DNA of 64,000 bases from Bacteroidales bacterium (GTDB lineage Bacteria; Bacteroidota; Bacteroidia; Bacteroidales; UBA10428). This document shows, piece by piece, positions 17,283 to 27,363 of the stretch; position 1 is the stretch's first letter, and every line of letters begins with the position of its first letter. The translations under genes were made by a program, and so were the position numbers. The notes under the pieces were generated by a model that was not told the origin of the DNA, did not search any database, and worked only from the letters and a program-made list of their open reading frames with translations. Where the stretch lies: positions 143,606 through 207,605 of the forward strand of contig JBGSSF010000034.1 in NCBI GenBank assembly GCA_041737175.1, given 5' to 3'.

Positions 17283-18137
17283 ATGCAGATTTCATACGAA
17301 AAACTGGTAGTGGATGAGAACAGCTTATTTCATCACCAGGAGTTTATACAAACCCGGTTCACATCTCCTTTTCACCTGCACGACGAGTTTGAACTGATCC
17401 TTATTAAAAAAAGCAATGGCAAGCTTTACGTGGGCAACAATGTGACCAATTTTAATGATGGGGATGTTTTTCTTCTTGCCCCTGGCCTGCCACATTGTTT
17501 CTACAATAACCGTGGTTATGAAAAGGGAAATATACCGGCTCATGCTGTGGTAATTCTTTTCAGGCGCGACTTCCTGGGCATTAATTTCTTCAGTAAAACT
17601 GAAGTTTCACAACTTAACAGGCTTATAAAAAAAGGTGAATTTGGTGTACAAATATTGAATCCATCAAAAGCCCTAATCAATAGAATGTTAGAACTCAATC
17701 ATAAAAAAAACCTGGAGAGGCTCGGGAATTTCTTACTGATCCTTAATGAATTGGCAGGGAAGCGAAATACAAAACTTCTGAGTGCCGGGAATAACCTGAG
17801 TGCTGCAAGTCTTAGTGAATCCAAAGTAATCAATGATGTATATAAATACGTGGCTGAAAATTTCCAGAAAGAAATTACATTCGGGATGGCAGCGTCGGTC
17901 GCCAACATGCAAAAGGCCGCCTTTTGCAGGTACTTTAAGCGCAAAACCAAAAAGAAGTTTACGGAATTCGTGAATGAAACACGAATCATGCATGCCAGGA
18001 AATTGCTGGCTGAAACGGATAAAACCATCGGTGAAGTGGCTTTCGAGTGCGGATATGAAAATATCTCCTATTTCAACCGGCAGTTCAGATTGTGCTGCAA
18101 TACCTCCCCCGGAATCTTTCGCGATCAGATGAAGTAG
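17283..18137 (+). CDS. AraC-family transcriptional regulator (cupin sensor + HTH)
   Basis: An ATG at 17283 is preferred over the longer track ORF. The N-terminus is cupin-like (FHLHDEFELILI). The C-terminus holds an AraC double HTH (...ETRIMHARKLLAETDKTIGEVAFECGYENISYFNRQF). It is divergent from the 5-gene sugar operon. Confidence 0.85.
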   Translation: MQISYEKLVVDENSLFHHQEFIQTRFTSPFHLHDEFELILIKKSNGKLYVGNNVTNFNDGDVFLLAPGLPHCFYNNRGYEKGNIPAHAVVILFRRDFLGINFFSKTEVSQLNRLIKKGEFGVQILNPSKALINRMLELNHKKNLERLGNFLLILNELAGKRNTKLLSAGNNLSAASLSESKVINDVYKYVAENFQKEITFGMAASVANMQKAAFCRYFKRKTKKKFTEFVNETRIMHARKLLAETDKTIGEVAFECGYENISYFNRQFRLCCNTSPGIFRDQMK

Positions 18138-18160
18138 AGACGCATTGCAATGCGTCTCTA
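18135..18160. terminator. Bidirectional terminator hairpin of the AGAGACG family
   Basis: tagagacgcattg/caatgcgtctcta is a perfect 26-nt palindrome that includes the AraC stop codon. It lies between convergent genes (18137 + / 18180 -). Confidence 0.7.
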
Positions 18161-18179
18161 AACACGTTTCATAATAACA

Positions 18180-20717
18180 TTATCTTTCAGTGATTATTTC
18201 CACCATTCCATCCGTCAATCCATCCGATTTTGCTGTCAGCAAAATCTTTCCTGCCTCTCCTTTTGGCCGCACTATCGCCAGGCACCTGCCCTGCCAGCTT
18301 TTCTTCCGGGGCTGCTGAAAACTTGACATATCCGTGGGACTTCCGCTGCCAACGCCGGCAATTTCTCCGTTGCCGGAGATCTCAAAATGCACGAGCACAT
18401 CATCGGCGAAGGGTACAACATTACCTTCCGCATCCAGGATCTCCACCATCACATAGGACAAGTCATTCCGGCTGGCTTTGATGGCGGACCGGTCGGCGGT
18501 CAGCTTGATTACTGCCGGCTTGCCCACCGTTTTGATGGTCTCGGATGCCGTTTCCATGTCGTTGTCGAAACAACGGGCTGTAAGTGTACCTGCCTCATAG
18601 GGGACTTCGAAAGTTGCCGTAATAGATTTGCTGTCATCCACAGCCTGTTCACCGATCATTTTTCCGTTCAATTCAAGTTTTACAAGCTTGCTGCGGGTAT
18701 ACACATGAACCTGCATTTTTTCCCCTTCATGACCTTCCCAGCTCCAGCTCTTCAGTTCGTCGGGGAAGCCCCATGGACTCACAATTTCCATTTTACCAGA
18801 CGGAATGGGCCGGTGAACGAACATTTCAATTTTGCTCTCTTTCCAAACCACATGCTGATAATAATAGGGCGTTTTTGGATGGCCGATCAAGTCAAGGTCT
18901 CCCTGAAAATTGTTAAAAACAGGCCAGGAATCGGGACTGAAAAACTGCATCATACCTGCCATGGGATTTGATCCTGAACCGGATTTACCGGCCGGGATGT
19001 CAATCAGGCGCGGCAAGCCGACCCCCGCTTCTCCAAGGTAATCCATGGCCGTCCAACTGAAGTTTCCGATCACATAAGGCAATTCTTCGACCTTTTGCCA
19101 GTTCTGAAGTGAAAGAGGCGGCATGAACTCTGAAGCATACATGATCCGATCGGGATACTTCTCGTGATCTCCCCCGTATCTTTCAAATCCGTAATTGTAG
19201 CCGACAACATCGAGTTGGGCCATGTGCGGCGCCTGCTTGTCCCAACCGCTTTTACCAGTCGTAAAGGCCATAAAATCCACCATGGCTTCGGTGACCGGCC
19301 GGGTCGGATCGAGTCGGCGTACTTCAGAAGCCAAGTTTTTGGCTATCCTTAAACCGGATGTGTCAGCAGCCTCCGGGATCTCATTCCCGATGCTCCACAT
19401 GATCACCGACGGATGATTCCGGTCACGAAGTATTATGGATCCTAAATCGGTTTTCCAGTGGGTCCGAATATATTTTGAATAATCATCCGGAGATACCTTT
19501 GGTTTTTCCCACATATCTGCGAACTCATCGATCACGAGCATACCCAATCTGTCACATGCATCAAGCAGACCAGGGGAAGGAGGATTGTGACTGCACCGTA
19601 TGGCATTAAATCCTGCCTTTTTTAATAATTCGATTTTTCTTTCTTCAGCCCGGTCGATTGCGGCTGATCCCAAAGGTCCGTTGTCATGATGAAAACAACC
19701 GCCCTTCATTTCCACATTTTTGCCATTCAGACTGAAGCCGTTTTCAGCATCAATCCTGATGGTGCGGATACCAAAAGGAGTGGTCATCTGATCCAGTTCC
19801 TTGTCATTGTCTGACACAATTACTTTGGTAGTATACAGAACAGGGGTTTCAACAGACCAGAGTTCAGGACTTTCAATGGAAATTTTTTGTATCAGATCTG
19901 TTGATTGCCCTGATGAAAGAGTCATATCATTCTCAGTATTACCAACCACTTTCCCTGATGGATCGATGATCTGGGCCTGTATTTTGACAGGTGTATTTTC
20001 CTTACCCGAGTTGATGATCGTGGTCTGGATATTAATCTCAGCTTTACTTTCCGTAATAGCCGGAGCGGTTACATAAACCCCCCATACACCTATGTGAACG
20101 GGATTCACGAAGGTCAGCCAGGTATGCCGGTATATTCCTGAACCGGAATACCAGCGGGCATTCCTGCCTTCATTCTTCACCTGCACCGCTATGACATTGT
20201 CTTGTCCTGCCGGATTCAGAAAAGAGGTGATATCATAATAAAAGGATGTATAACCGTAAGGATGATTGCCAACATGTTTTCCATTGACCCAAACATCTGA
20301 GTTCATATAAACACCGTCGAACTGCAGGTACGCATTTTTATCCGCATCTGCTTTGTCAATTGTAAAGCTTTTCCTGTACCAGGCTGTGCCACCAACCGTA
20401 TAACCTGTGCCCATTTTGCCGATGGATGACTTGGCAAACGGTCCGATTATGCTGTCATCCTGCTGATTGATTAAACCCGCCTTTCCGTCGGGCAGGTCTT
20501 CAATACTCCAGTCATGCGGTAAATCAATCATTCGCCATTGTGAGTCATCGAACGACGGGTTTTCTGCACCAGCAGGATTATCCTTAATGAACCGCCAGCC
20601 TTCATCGAAGGACGCGATACGGTCATGAACGACAGTTTTTTGCGCCGTATTGCATGAAATTACGAATACAAATAGACCAAATAACAGCAAGGGTGTTAAA
20701 AATGCTTGTTTTTTCAT
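18180..20717 (-). CDS. Glycoside hydrolase family 2 (beta-galactosidase-like)
   Basis: 845 aa with a lipoprotein-type signal (VFVISC). Motifs are NAIRCSHNPPSP and SVIMWSIGNE (acid/base Glu), with the GH2 domain order. Confidence 0.85.
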   Translation of the reverse strand: MKKQAFLTPLLLFGLFVFVISCNTAQKTVVHDRIASFDEGWRFIKDNPAGAENPSFDDSQWRMIDLPHDWSIEDLPDGKAGLINQQDDSIIGPFAKSSIGKMGTGYTVGGTAWYRKSFTIDKADADKNAYLQFDGVYMNSDVWVNGKHVGNHPYGYTSFYYDITSFLNPAGQDNVIAVQVKNEGRNARWYSGSGIYRHTWLTFVNPVHIGVWGVYVTAPAITESKAEINIQTTIINSGKENTPVKIQAQIIDPSGKVVGNTENDMTLSSGQSTDLIQKISIESPELWSVETPVLYTTKVIVSDNDKELDQMTTPFGIRTIRIDAENGFSLNGKNVEMKGGCFHHDNGPLGSAAIDRAEERKIELLKKAGFNAIRCSHNPPSPGLLDACDRLGMLVIDEFADMWEKPKVSPDDYSKYIRTHWKTDLGSIILRDRNHPSVIMWSIGNEIPEAADTSGLRIAKNLASEVRRLDPTRPVTEAMVDFMAFTTGKSGWDKQAPHMAQLDVVGYNYGFERYGGDHEKYPDRIMYASEFMPPLSLQNWQKVEELPYVIGNFSWTAMDYLGEAGVGLPRLIDIPAGKSGSGSNPMAGMMQFFSPDSWPVFNNFQGDLDLIGHPKTPYYYQHVVWKESKIEMFVHRPIPSGKMEIVSPWGFPDELKSWSWEGHEGEKMQVHVYTRSKLVKLELNGKMIGEQAVDDSKSITATFEVPYEAGTLTARCFDNDMETASETIKTVGKPAVIKLTADRSAIKASRNDLSYVMVEILDAEGNVVPFADDVLVHFEISGNGEIAGVGSGSPTDMSSFQQPRKKSWQGRCLAIVRPKGEAGKILLTAKSDGLTDGMVEIITER

Positions 20718-20854
20718 GGCAGGTTTTGTTATATGGGTATCAAATTAACGCTTTTTTTGGTAAAAATCCCTTCTTAACGGCAGAAAACAGCTGTTTGTCG
20801 ATCGAATTTCAGATTTTAACGGAATTGCATTTACTTTGCATTTATTTTATAAAT

Positions 20855-23098
20855 ATGCACATTAGGAACAACTGGTTTTTCTTTTATATTCTTTTATTCC
20901 AGGTATTAAGTGTCTCCCTTTCAGCCGTTGAACCCTTAAAAATATTCCATCTTCGGGAGAATATTGAATTTGATGGACTACCCTTCGAAGATGCATGGAC
21001 CGAGGCGGAAATGTTCCCTCTCGTGATGCACCGGCCCAACTTCGGTGCTGAGCCCTCAGAAAAGAGCGAGGTCATGATTGCTTATGACAATGATTTCATG
21101 TGGGTAGGAGCCAGACTTTTTACCAAAGATGCGTCTACCATAAGATCTACCAGTAAAAAGCGGGACGAGCAATCCAGGAATTCCGATGCATTTACAATTA
21201 TCCTCGATACGTTTAATGACAATGAGAATGCCATGGGTTTCGGAACCATGCCCTCGGGATTAAGGATTGATTATACGGTCTCAAACGATGCAAATATGTC
21301 CAGTGGTGGCCAGATGGGAGCTCCCGGTGGAGGCACGATAAACCTCAGCTGGAATACTTTCTGGGATGTGAAAACTTCCCGCGACGACAAAGGCTGGTAT
21401 GTTGAGATGAGAATCCCTTTTTCCAGCCTGCGGTTCCAGGCCCAGGGTGAGTCCGTATCCATGGGACTCATCGTGCAAAGGTCCATCAGTTCCAGGAATG
21501 AAGTGGATACCTATCCGGCGATTGATCCAAAATATGGTATGACGGCGCCCATTAAGCCTTCCCAGGCTGCGGAAGTTGCGTTCTCGGGCATTAAATCAAG
21601 CAAACCGGTTTATGTATCTCCATATGCCATTGGCGGTTATGCCCGTCATTACGACCTGAATGACGAGGAAATCCGGTATTTGAAAGAAAATGATCCGAAA
21701 ATAGATGTAGGTCTTGATGTGAAATACAGCCTGACGAGCAACATGACCATGGATGTAACCCTGAATACTGATTTTGCCCAGGTTGAAGCGGATGATCAGC
21801 AGGTAAACCTGACCAGGTATTCATTGTATTTCCCGGAAAAACGATTATTTTTCCAGGAACGTTCCAGTATTTTCAGTTACAAGCTTGGCGGAACCTCAGA
21901 TATGTTTTACAGCCGCAGGATCGGTATTGAAGAGGAAGAACGGGTGCGGATATTCGGCGGTGTCAAACTCATTGGCCGGGCCGGAAAATGGGATATCGGA
22001 TTCCTCGATATGCAAACCCAGAGACTGGATACCATTCCATCTAACAATTTCGGGGTGGCCCGCTTGAGAAGGCAGGTGTTCAATCCAAACAGCTATGTGG
22101 GAGGATTGGTAACCACCAAGATTGGTGCTGACGGTACCTACGATGTGGCCTATGGATTGGACGGACTGGTCCGCGTTTTCGGCGATGATTATGTGGATTT
22201 GAAACTGGCGCAAAACCAGAATAAGGATGCAGGAACCGATGCCATGTCGATGAAACCGACCATGATCAGGGCTAATTGGGAACGCAGGTCCGATAAGGGA
22301 TTTGCTTATAACCTGACTTATGCCTATTTCGGTGACCATTTTGATCCCCAGGTAGGATTTATGAAGTACATTGGTTCGCAAGGATTTGAAGGAGAAATGA
22401 GGTATGGTTGGCTACCGGGATCAGAATCAAAAATATTCAGCACTGCAGCCGGGGTTCGCGTGGAAAGGATGGCAAGAACAACGGGCGGAGATATCGAAAC
22501 TTTCATGGTGGCCCCCGGTTTCGAAATATTTGGTAAAAGCGGTCTGGGGGGTATGTTTAGCCTAATGTATAAACAGGAAGGCGTGGATGAGGCTTTTGAT
22601 CTTTCCGATGATGTGAGTATACCGGTTGGCCAGTATAAATTTTACGGAGCCGAGGCTGTGATATTTACCCCGATGTCGAAACCTTATAACGCCATGATCA
22701 TGATCAATGGAGGGGAGTATTATGACGGAAGAAATTTCAGCATCATGATCATGCCCACGATGAGCATTTCCCAAAGCCTTCAGGTGAAAGGATCATACCA
22801 GTTCAATTATGTGAATTTTCCCGGTCGTGACAAGTTTTTCAGAAGTCATGTCACCAATGTGAGCATGCTATATATGTTCAGCATCAAATTGTCGACCAGC
22901 CTTCTGGTTCAATACAACAGCCTAACCGGTGACTTTGTCGGGAATTTCAGATTACGCTTTAATCCTAAGGAGGGCAATGATTTCTACCTGGTCATCGATG
23001 AAAACGAATACATCGGCAATGTTCACCCCGATCCTGATCCACCGGTATTCTACAACAGGGCGGTGATGGTAAAGTATACGCATACGTTCAGGTTGTAG
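20855..23098 (+). CDS. DUF5916 / CBM9-like outer-membrane-type protein
   Basis: The track ORF start (20654) overlaps the GH2 gene. The ATG at 20855 gives MHIRNNWFFFYILLFQVLSVSLSA. DTFNDNENAMGF and DFAQVEADDQQVNLTRYSLYFPEKRLFFQE are the family motifs as I recall them. The C-terminus is beta-barrel-like and ends HTFRL. Confidence 0.65.
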   Translation: MHIRNNWFFFYILLFQVLSVSLSAVEPLKIFHLRENIEFDGLPFEDAWTEAEMFPLVMHRPNFGAEPSEKSEVMIAYDNDFMWVGARLFTKDASTIRSTSKKRDEQSRNSDAFTIILDTFNDNENAMGFGTMPSGLRIDYTVSNDANMSSGGQMGAPGGGTINLSWNTFWDVKTSRDDKGWYVEMRIPFSSLRFQAQGESVSMGLIVQRSISSRNEVDTYPAIDPKYGMTAPIKPSQAAEVAFSGIKSSKPVYVSPYAIGGYARHYDLNDEEIRYLKENDPKIDVGLDVKYSLTSNMTMDVTLNTDFAQVEADDQQVNLTRYSLYFPEKRLFFQERSSIFSYKLGGTSDMFYSRRIGIEEEERVRIFGGVKLIGRAGKWDIGFLDMQTQRLDTIPSNNFGVARLRRQVFNPNSYVGGLVTTKIGADGTYDVAYGLDGLVRVFGDDYVDLKLAQNQNKDAGTDAMSMKPTMIRANWERRSDKGFAYNLTYAYFGDHFDPQVGFMKYIGSQGFEGEMRYGWLPGSESKIFSTAAGVRVERMARTTGGDIETFMVAPGFEIFGKSGLGGMFSLMYKQEGVDEAFDLSDDVSIPVGQYKFYGAEAVIFTPMSKPYNAMIMINGGEYYDGRNFSIMIMPTMSISQSLQVKGSYQFNYVNFPGRDKFFRSHVTNVSMLYMFSIKLSTSLLVQYNSLTGDFVGNFRLRFNPKEGNDFYLVIDENEYIGNVHPDPDPPVFYNRAVMVKYTHTFRL

Positions 23099-23101
23099 AG
23101 T

Positions 23102-23173
23102 CATGCAGTCTTACCCGCCGAAGCCTTGGCGAAGGAGGGTCTTGCCATCTTGCAGTCTTGCAGTCTTGCAGTC
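23102..23173. repeat. Short tandem repeat (cttgcagt x3, plus degenerate copies upstream)
   Basis: Perfect 8-mers lie at 23149-23156, 23157-23164 and 23165-23172. Related catgcagtctt and gtcttgccat lie upstream. The repeat is intergenic, just after the stop at 23098. Confidence 0.8.
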
Positions 23174-23321
23174 GGAACTACATTGAAATCTTACTGATAA
23201 TCTATAAAAAACACCTGTCTGTCTATTTTATTTATCCTCACCTGGTAAATCACTAACTTTACCTGAGAAGCCCCGCAATGAATGAAAACGGGCACTTGAA
23301 ACTTAACAAAAGGTAAATATT

Positions 23322-25769
23322 ATGAAAAAGGTAAGGAATGTGTTGATCTTAACACTTGGCTTTTATTACCTGTCTGCTGCATCTTTGACGGCACAGGCAC
23401 CTCAGGTTCCCCAATTGGGGAAGGCTTCCGTAAAACAGGTGGTCGCAGCAATGACGCTGGAAGAAAAGGCAAAATTAGTAGTTGGTACCGGCATGAACAT
23501 GCCAGGTATGCCAGCAGGTGGTCCGGGTGCACCGGGTGGTCCGGGTGCTCCTGCTGCTGCCCCTGCCGCTGCTCCTTCACCCACGGGTCCGGTAATCGGA
23601 GAAACCAAATCACTGGTGGACGGCGCTGCCGGAACCACATTTGGCATTCCCAGGCTTGGCATAACTCCTTCGGTAGTGGCTGATGGCCCTGCCGGTGTGC
23701 GCATCAGCCCGACACGCGATAAAGACAATAATACTTATTATTGTACTGCATTCCCGGTTGGAACCCTGTTGGCTTCCACCTGGAATACAGAGCTGGTAAA
23801 TCAGGTAGGACAGGCCATGGGGAATGAAGTGCTGGAATATGGCATTGATGTGCTTTTGGGACCGGGTTTGAATATTCAGCGAAATCCGCTATGCGGAAGG
23901 AACTTTGAATATTACTCCGAAGATCCTTACATTTCAGGGAAAATAGCTGCTGCCATGATAAACGGTGTGGAATCAAATGGAGTCGGCACTTCTGTCAAGC
24001 ATTTCGCAGCCAATAATGCTGAAACGAATCGAAATACGTTGAATGTCATCGCCGGTGAAAGAGCATTGCGTGAGATTTACCTCGAAGGTTTCAGGATCGC
24101 TGTTCAGGAAGCACAACCCTGGACTGTCATGTCTTCCTACAATTATATAAATGGCCCGTATGCTTCCGAAAACCATGATCTGCTGACAAAAATACTCAGG
24201 AATGACTGGGACTTTAAAGGTTATGTGATGACTGACTGGTTTGGCGGAAAGGATGCTGCTGCCCAGGTGGCAGCAGGGAATGATTTGCTGATGCCCGGAA
24301 ATCAAAACCAGACACAGGCTATTATTAAAGCTGTTCAGGAAAATAAGCTCGATGTCAGGTTACTGGATCAGAATGTTGAAAGAATTTTGAACATAATCCT
24401 GCAAGGTCCCCGGTATAAAGGATATAAATATTCCAATAAGCCCGATCTGAAAGCCCACGCCCAGGTTACCCGTCAGGCTGCCACAGAGGGCATGGTATTG
24501 CTGAAAAACAGCGATTCATCTCTTCCTCTGGCATCAACTGTAAAGAAACTGGCTGTTTTCGGGACTACTTCCTATGATATTATCACGGGGGGAACAGGCA
24601 GTGGTGATGTCAATGAAGCCTACAGCGTTTCATTGGTCGAGGGACTTCAGGGCGCAGGTTACACCATTCATGAAAACCTGCAGGCCATGTATAAAGCATA
24701 CCGGGATGCAGTTAAAGAGGGCAGACCCAAAAGAGAGGGCTTTATGGCCATGATGATGGGATCAGAACCTACTCCTGAGTTTGGCGTAAATGAAGGTTTG
24801 GCAACCAGCCTGGCAGTCACATCAGATGCAGCAATTATTACCATCGGCAGAAATTCAGGCGAAGGCCGCGATCGTTCCAGCGGTGAGGGTGACTTTCAGC
24901 TTACCGCTACTGAGAAGGAATTGATCAAAAATGTATCTGCAGCTTTTCAGGCAAAGGGAAAAAAGACCATAGTCATTCTGAATGTGGGCGGCGTTGTTGA
25001 AACGGCCAGTTGGAAAGACATACCTGATGCCATTTTGCTGGCATGGCAGGCCGGACAGGAAACGGGCAATTCAATAGCAGACATCCTCAGCGGCAAGGAA
25101 AATCCTTCGGGAAAATTAGCTGTGACATTTCCTGCCCGTTATGAAGATGTTCCGTCCTCGGCAACATTTCCGGGCAAAGAGCTTCCCTCCAATGAACCCA
25201 AGGATAGCAGGCCCGGCGGATTCATGCGCGGAAGACCTGCCGAGGATACTTATACCGAGGGCATCTATGTTGGTTACCGGTATTATGAAACCTTTGGTGT
25301 GAAACCGTCCTATGAATTCGGTCATGGACTTTCCTATACTGAGTTTGGTTATAGCAACCTGAAATTAAGCTCGGCAAAATTCAACAGTAAAATGACAATC
25401 ACTGTTGATGTTAAAAACACGGGGAAGGAAGCGGGAAAAGAGGTGGCTCAGCTTTACCTGAGTGCCCCGTCCAAAAAGCTTGATAAACCCGCACTGGAAT
25501 TGAAAGGATTTGCCAAAACCCGTTTATTGCAGCCCGGTGAAACACAAACACTGACTTTTGTGATCGATGCTTATAACCTGGCTTCATTCGATGCATCCTG
25601 TTCTTCCTGGATAGCTGATGCAGGGGCTTATATGGTGAAGCTGGGTTCTTCTTCCAGGGATATCAGGCAAAGCGCCTCCTTTATGCTGGCAAAAGACCTG
25701 ACTGTGAAGAAAGAGTCGGTTGCCCTGGTTCCCCAACAAAATATCAATGAATTAAAACCTGCAAAATAA
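23322..25769 (+). CDS. Glycoside hydrolase family 3 beta-glucosidase (BglX-like)
   Basis: 815 aa. Motifs are MTLEEKAKLVVGTG, KHFAANNAETNR and GYVMTDW (nucleophile Asp region), followed by a C-terminal Fn3-like domain. A P/A/G-rich insert lies near the N-terminus. Confidence 0.9.
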   Translation: MKKVRNVLILTLGFYYLSAASLTAQAPQVPQLGKASVKQVVAAMTLEEKAKLVVGTGMNMPGMPAGGPGAPGGPGAPAAAPAAAPSPTGPVIGETKSLVDGAAGTTFGIPRLGITPSVVADGPAGVRISPTRDKDNNTYYCTAFPVGTLLASTWNTELVNQVGQAMGNEVLEYGIDVLLGPGLNIQRNPLCGRNFEYYSEDPYISGKIAAAMINGVESNGVGTSVKHFAANNAETNRNTLNVIAGERALREIYLEGFRIAVQEAQPWTVMSSYNYINGPYASENHDLLTKILRNDWDFKGYVMTDWFGGKDAAAQVAAGNDLLMPGNQNQTQAIIKAVQENKLDVRLLDQNVERILNIILQGPRYKGYKYSNKPDLKAHAQVTRQAATEGMVLLKNSDSSLPLASTVKKLAVFGTTSYDIITGGTGSGDVNEAYSVSLVEGLQGAGYTIHENLQAMYKAYRDAVKEGRPKREGFMAMMMGSEPTPEFGVNEGLATSLAVTSDAAIITIGRNSGEGRDRSSGEGDFQLTATEKELIKNVSAAFQAKGKKTIVILNVGGVVETASWKDIPDAILLAWQAGQETGNSIADILSGKENPSGKLAVTFPARYEDVPSSATFPGKELPSNEPKDSRPGGFMRGRPAEDTYTEGIYVGYRYYETFGVKPSYEFGHGLSYTEFGYSNLKLSSAKFNSKMTITVDVKNTGKEAGKEVAQLYLSAPSKKLDKPALELKGFAKTRLLQPGETQTLTFVIDAYNLASFDASCSSWIADAGAYMVKLGSSSRDIRQSASFMLAKDLTVKKESVALVPQQNINELKPAK

Positions 25770-25776
25770 TACTGCC

Positions 25777-27339
25777 ATGAAACAAACGGGAATTCTGTTG
25801 ACTGTCATTATGCTGGCTGCCTGTTCTTCGGCGCCTAAAAGCAAGAGCAGTATGATCATTGATATCAATGCCGTAAAAACAGAAGCCGGGCTTGTTTCAG
25901 GAGTGCCCGGAGGGGATGGAACTGTCAGGATATTCAAGGGCATCCCCTTCGCAGCGCCTCCCGTGGGTGATTTGCGGTGGAAAGCACCGGCTCCGGTACC
26001 CCACTGGGAAGGTATACGCAATTGTGAAGTTTTTCCACCCAGCGCCATGCAGTCCAGGCCGGCACCATTTGCCATGTGGAGCAAAGAGTTCATGGCACCC
26101 GAGGAATTCCTGAGCGAGGACTGCCTTTACCTGAACCTCTGGACAGCTGCTAAAACAGCGGATGAGAAACGTCCTGTCATCCTTTGGATCCATGGTGGTG
26201 CTTTCACAAGCGGATCAGGTTCAGTGCCCCTGTACGACGGCGAGGAAATGGCCAAAAAGGGTGTTGTGTTTATCACCATCAATTACCGCCTGGGAATTTT
26301 TGGTTTTCTTGCTCACCCGGAATTAACTAGGGAATCGCCCAACAAGGTTTCCGGCAATTACGGAATCCTGGATCAGATTGCTGCCCTGCAATGGGTGAAA
26401 AACAATGTAGCCGCATTCGGAGGTGATCCCGAAAGGGTCACCATTGCCGGGCAATCAGCAGGATCATTCAGTGTCAATGCGCTTATGGTATCATCCCTGG
26501 CAAAAGGACTATTTCACAGGGCAATCGGACAGAGCGGTGCGATGTTCAGTTCGGAACTGGGACTCGGGCAAACGCTGGATGCTGCTGAGAAGTCTGGACT
26601 TAAATTCTTCGATGCATTGAAGATAAAAACCCTGGAAGAACTTCGGAAGATACCCGCTGAAGAGATGATGAAAGCAGGCGGGAGGGCCAGCTATAATATT
26701 GATGGTTATGTCCTTCCTGAAGTGATTCCCGCATTTGAAGCCGGACTTCAGAATGATGTTCCACTTATCAGTGGGTGGAATGCCGACGACGGAGTTTCAT
26801 TCGGTTCTATGCCTGGTGCAGCCAAATTTAAAGCTGATGCTGAAAAGAAATATGGTACGATGGCCCCTGAATTTTTCAGATTTTTCCCTGCCAATTCGGA
26901 TGAGGAAGCCGGGAAATCACAGAAAATATTGAACGTTCTGACTTTTGGCTGGTTGAACTATAAATGGGCCTCTATGCAAACCAAAACGGGGAAAAACAAG
27001 GCATATTTATATTATTTTACACATGTGCCTCCCGGTGAACCCAATTACGGGGCCTTTCATTCAGCCGAATTCGGCTATGCCCTCAAGACGCTGAAATACT
27101 GGAACAAGCCTTTTGTGTCCTGGGATCACCAGCTGGCAGAAATCATGTCGTCTTATTGGGTGAATTTCGCTGCAACAGGCAATCCCAATGGTGACGGGCT
27201 ACCGGAATGGCCGGTTTTCCAGACGGAAGATATCAAAGTAATGCAATTTGGAGAGAAGGCGGAAGCCATTGATCTGCCCATGGAAGACCAGTTGAAATTT
27301 CTGGATCGTTACCAGGGAACAACAATCACCGGAAAATAA
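25777..27339 (+). CDS. Type-B carboxylesterase/lipase family protein (lipoprotein)
   Basis: 520 aa with lipobox LAAC. Motifs are GIPFAAPPVGDLRW, ILWIHGGAF and the nucleophile elbow GQSAGS. Confidence 0.9.
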   Translation: MKQTGILLTVIMLAACSSAPKSKSSMIIDINAVKTEAGLVSGVPGGDGTVRIFKGIPFAAPPVGDLRWKAPAPVPHWEGIRNCEVFPPSAMQSRPAPFAMWSKEFMAPEEFLSEDCLYLNLWTAAKTADEKRPVILWIHGGAFTSGSGSVPLYDGEEMAKKGVVFITINYRLGIFGFLAHPELTRESPNKVSGNYGILDQIAALQWVKNNVAAFGGDPERVTIAGQSAGSFSVNALMVSSLAKGLFHRAIGQSGAMFSSELGLGQTLDAAEKSGLKFFDALKIKTLEELRKIPAEEMMKAGGRASYNIDGYVLPEVIPAFEAGLQNDVPLISGWNADDGVSFGSMPGAAKFKADAEKKYGTMAPEFFRFFPANSDEEAGKSQKILNVLTFGWLNYKWASMQTKTGKNKAYLYYFTHVPPGEPNYGAFHSAEFGYALKTLKYWNKPFVSWDHQLAEIMSSYWVNFAATGNPNGDGLPEWPVFQTEDIKVMQFGEKAEAIDLPMEDQLKFLDRYQGTTITGK

Positions 27340-27363
27340 AGATTGTGCTGCCGGACAAACCCA

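Noticed and set aside
18387-18971. A 194-aa plus-strand ORF lies inside the GH2 gene, and there is a similar 161-aa minus-strand ORF at 21896-22381 inside the DUF5916 gene.
   Set aside because: Both are antisense to long CDS with clear family motifs. They have no motifs of their own and no ribosome-binding or promoter context.
20654-20854. An N-terminal extension of the DUF5916 ORF in the track overlaps the GH2 gene start.
   Set aside because: The extension has no signal peptide and overlaps the divergent gene and promoter region. The ATG at 20855 gives a proper signal peptide.
23320-23728. Two antisense ORFs (106 and 108 aa) lie over the 5' part of the GH3 gene.
   Set aside because: They are generated by the GC-rich Pro/Ala/Gly repeat. 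The GH3 frame is unambiguous.
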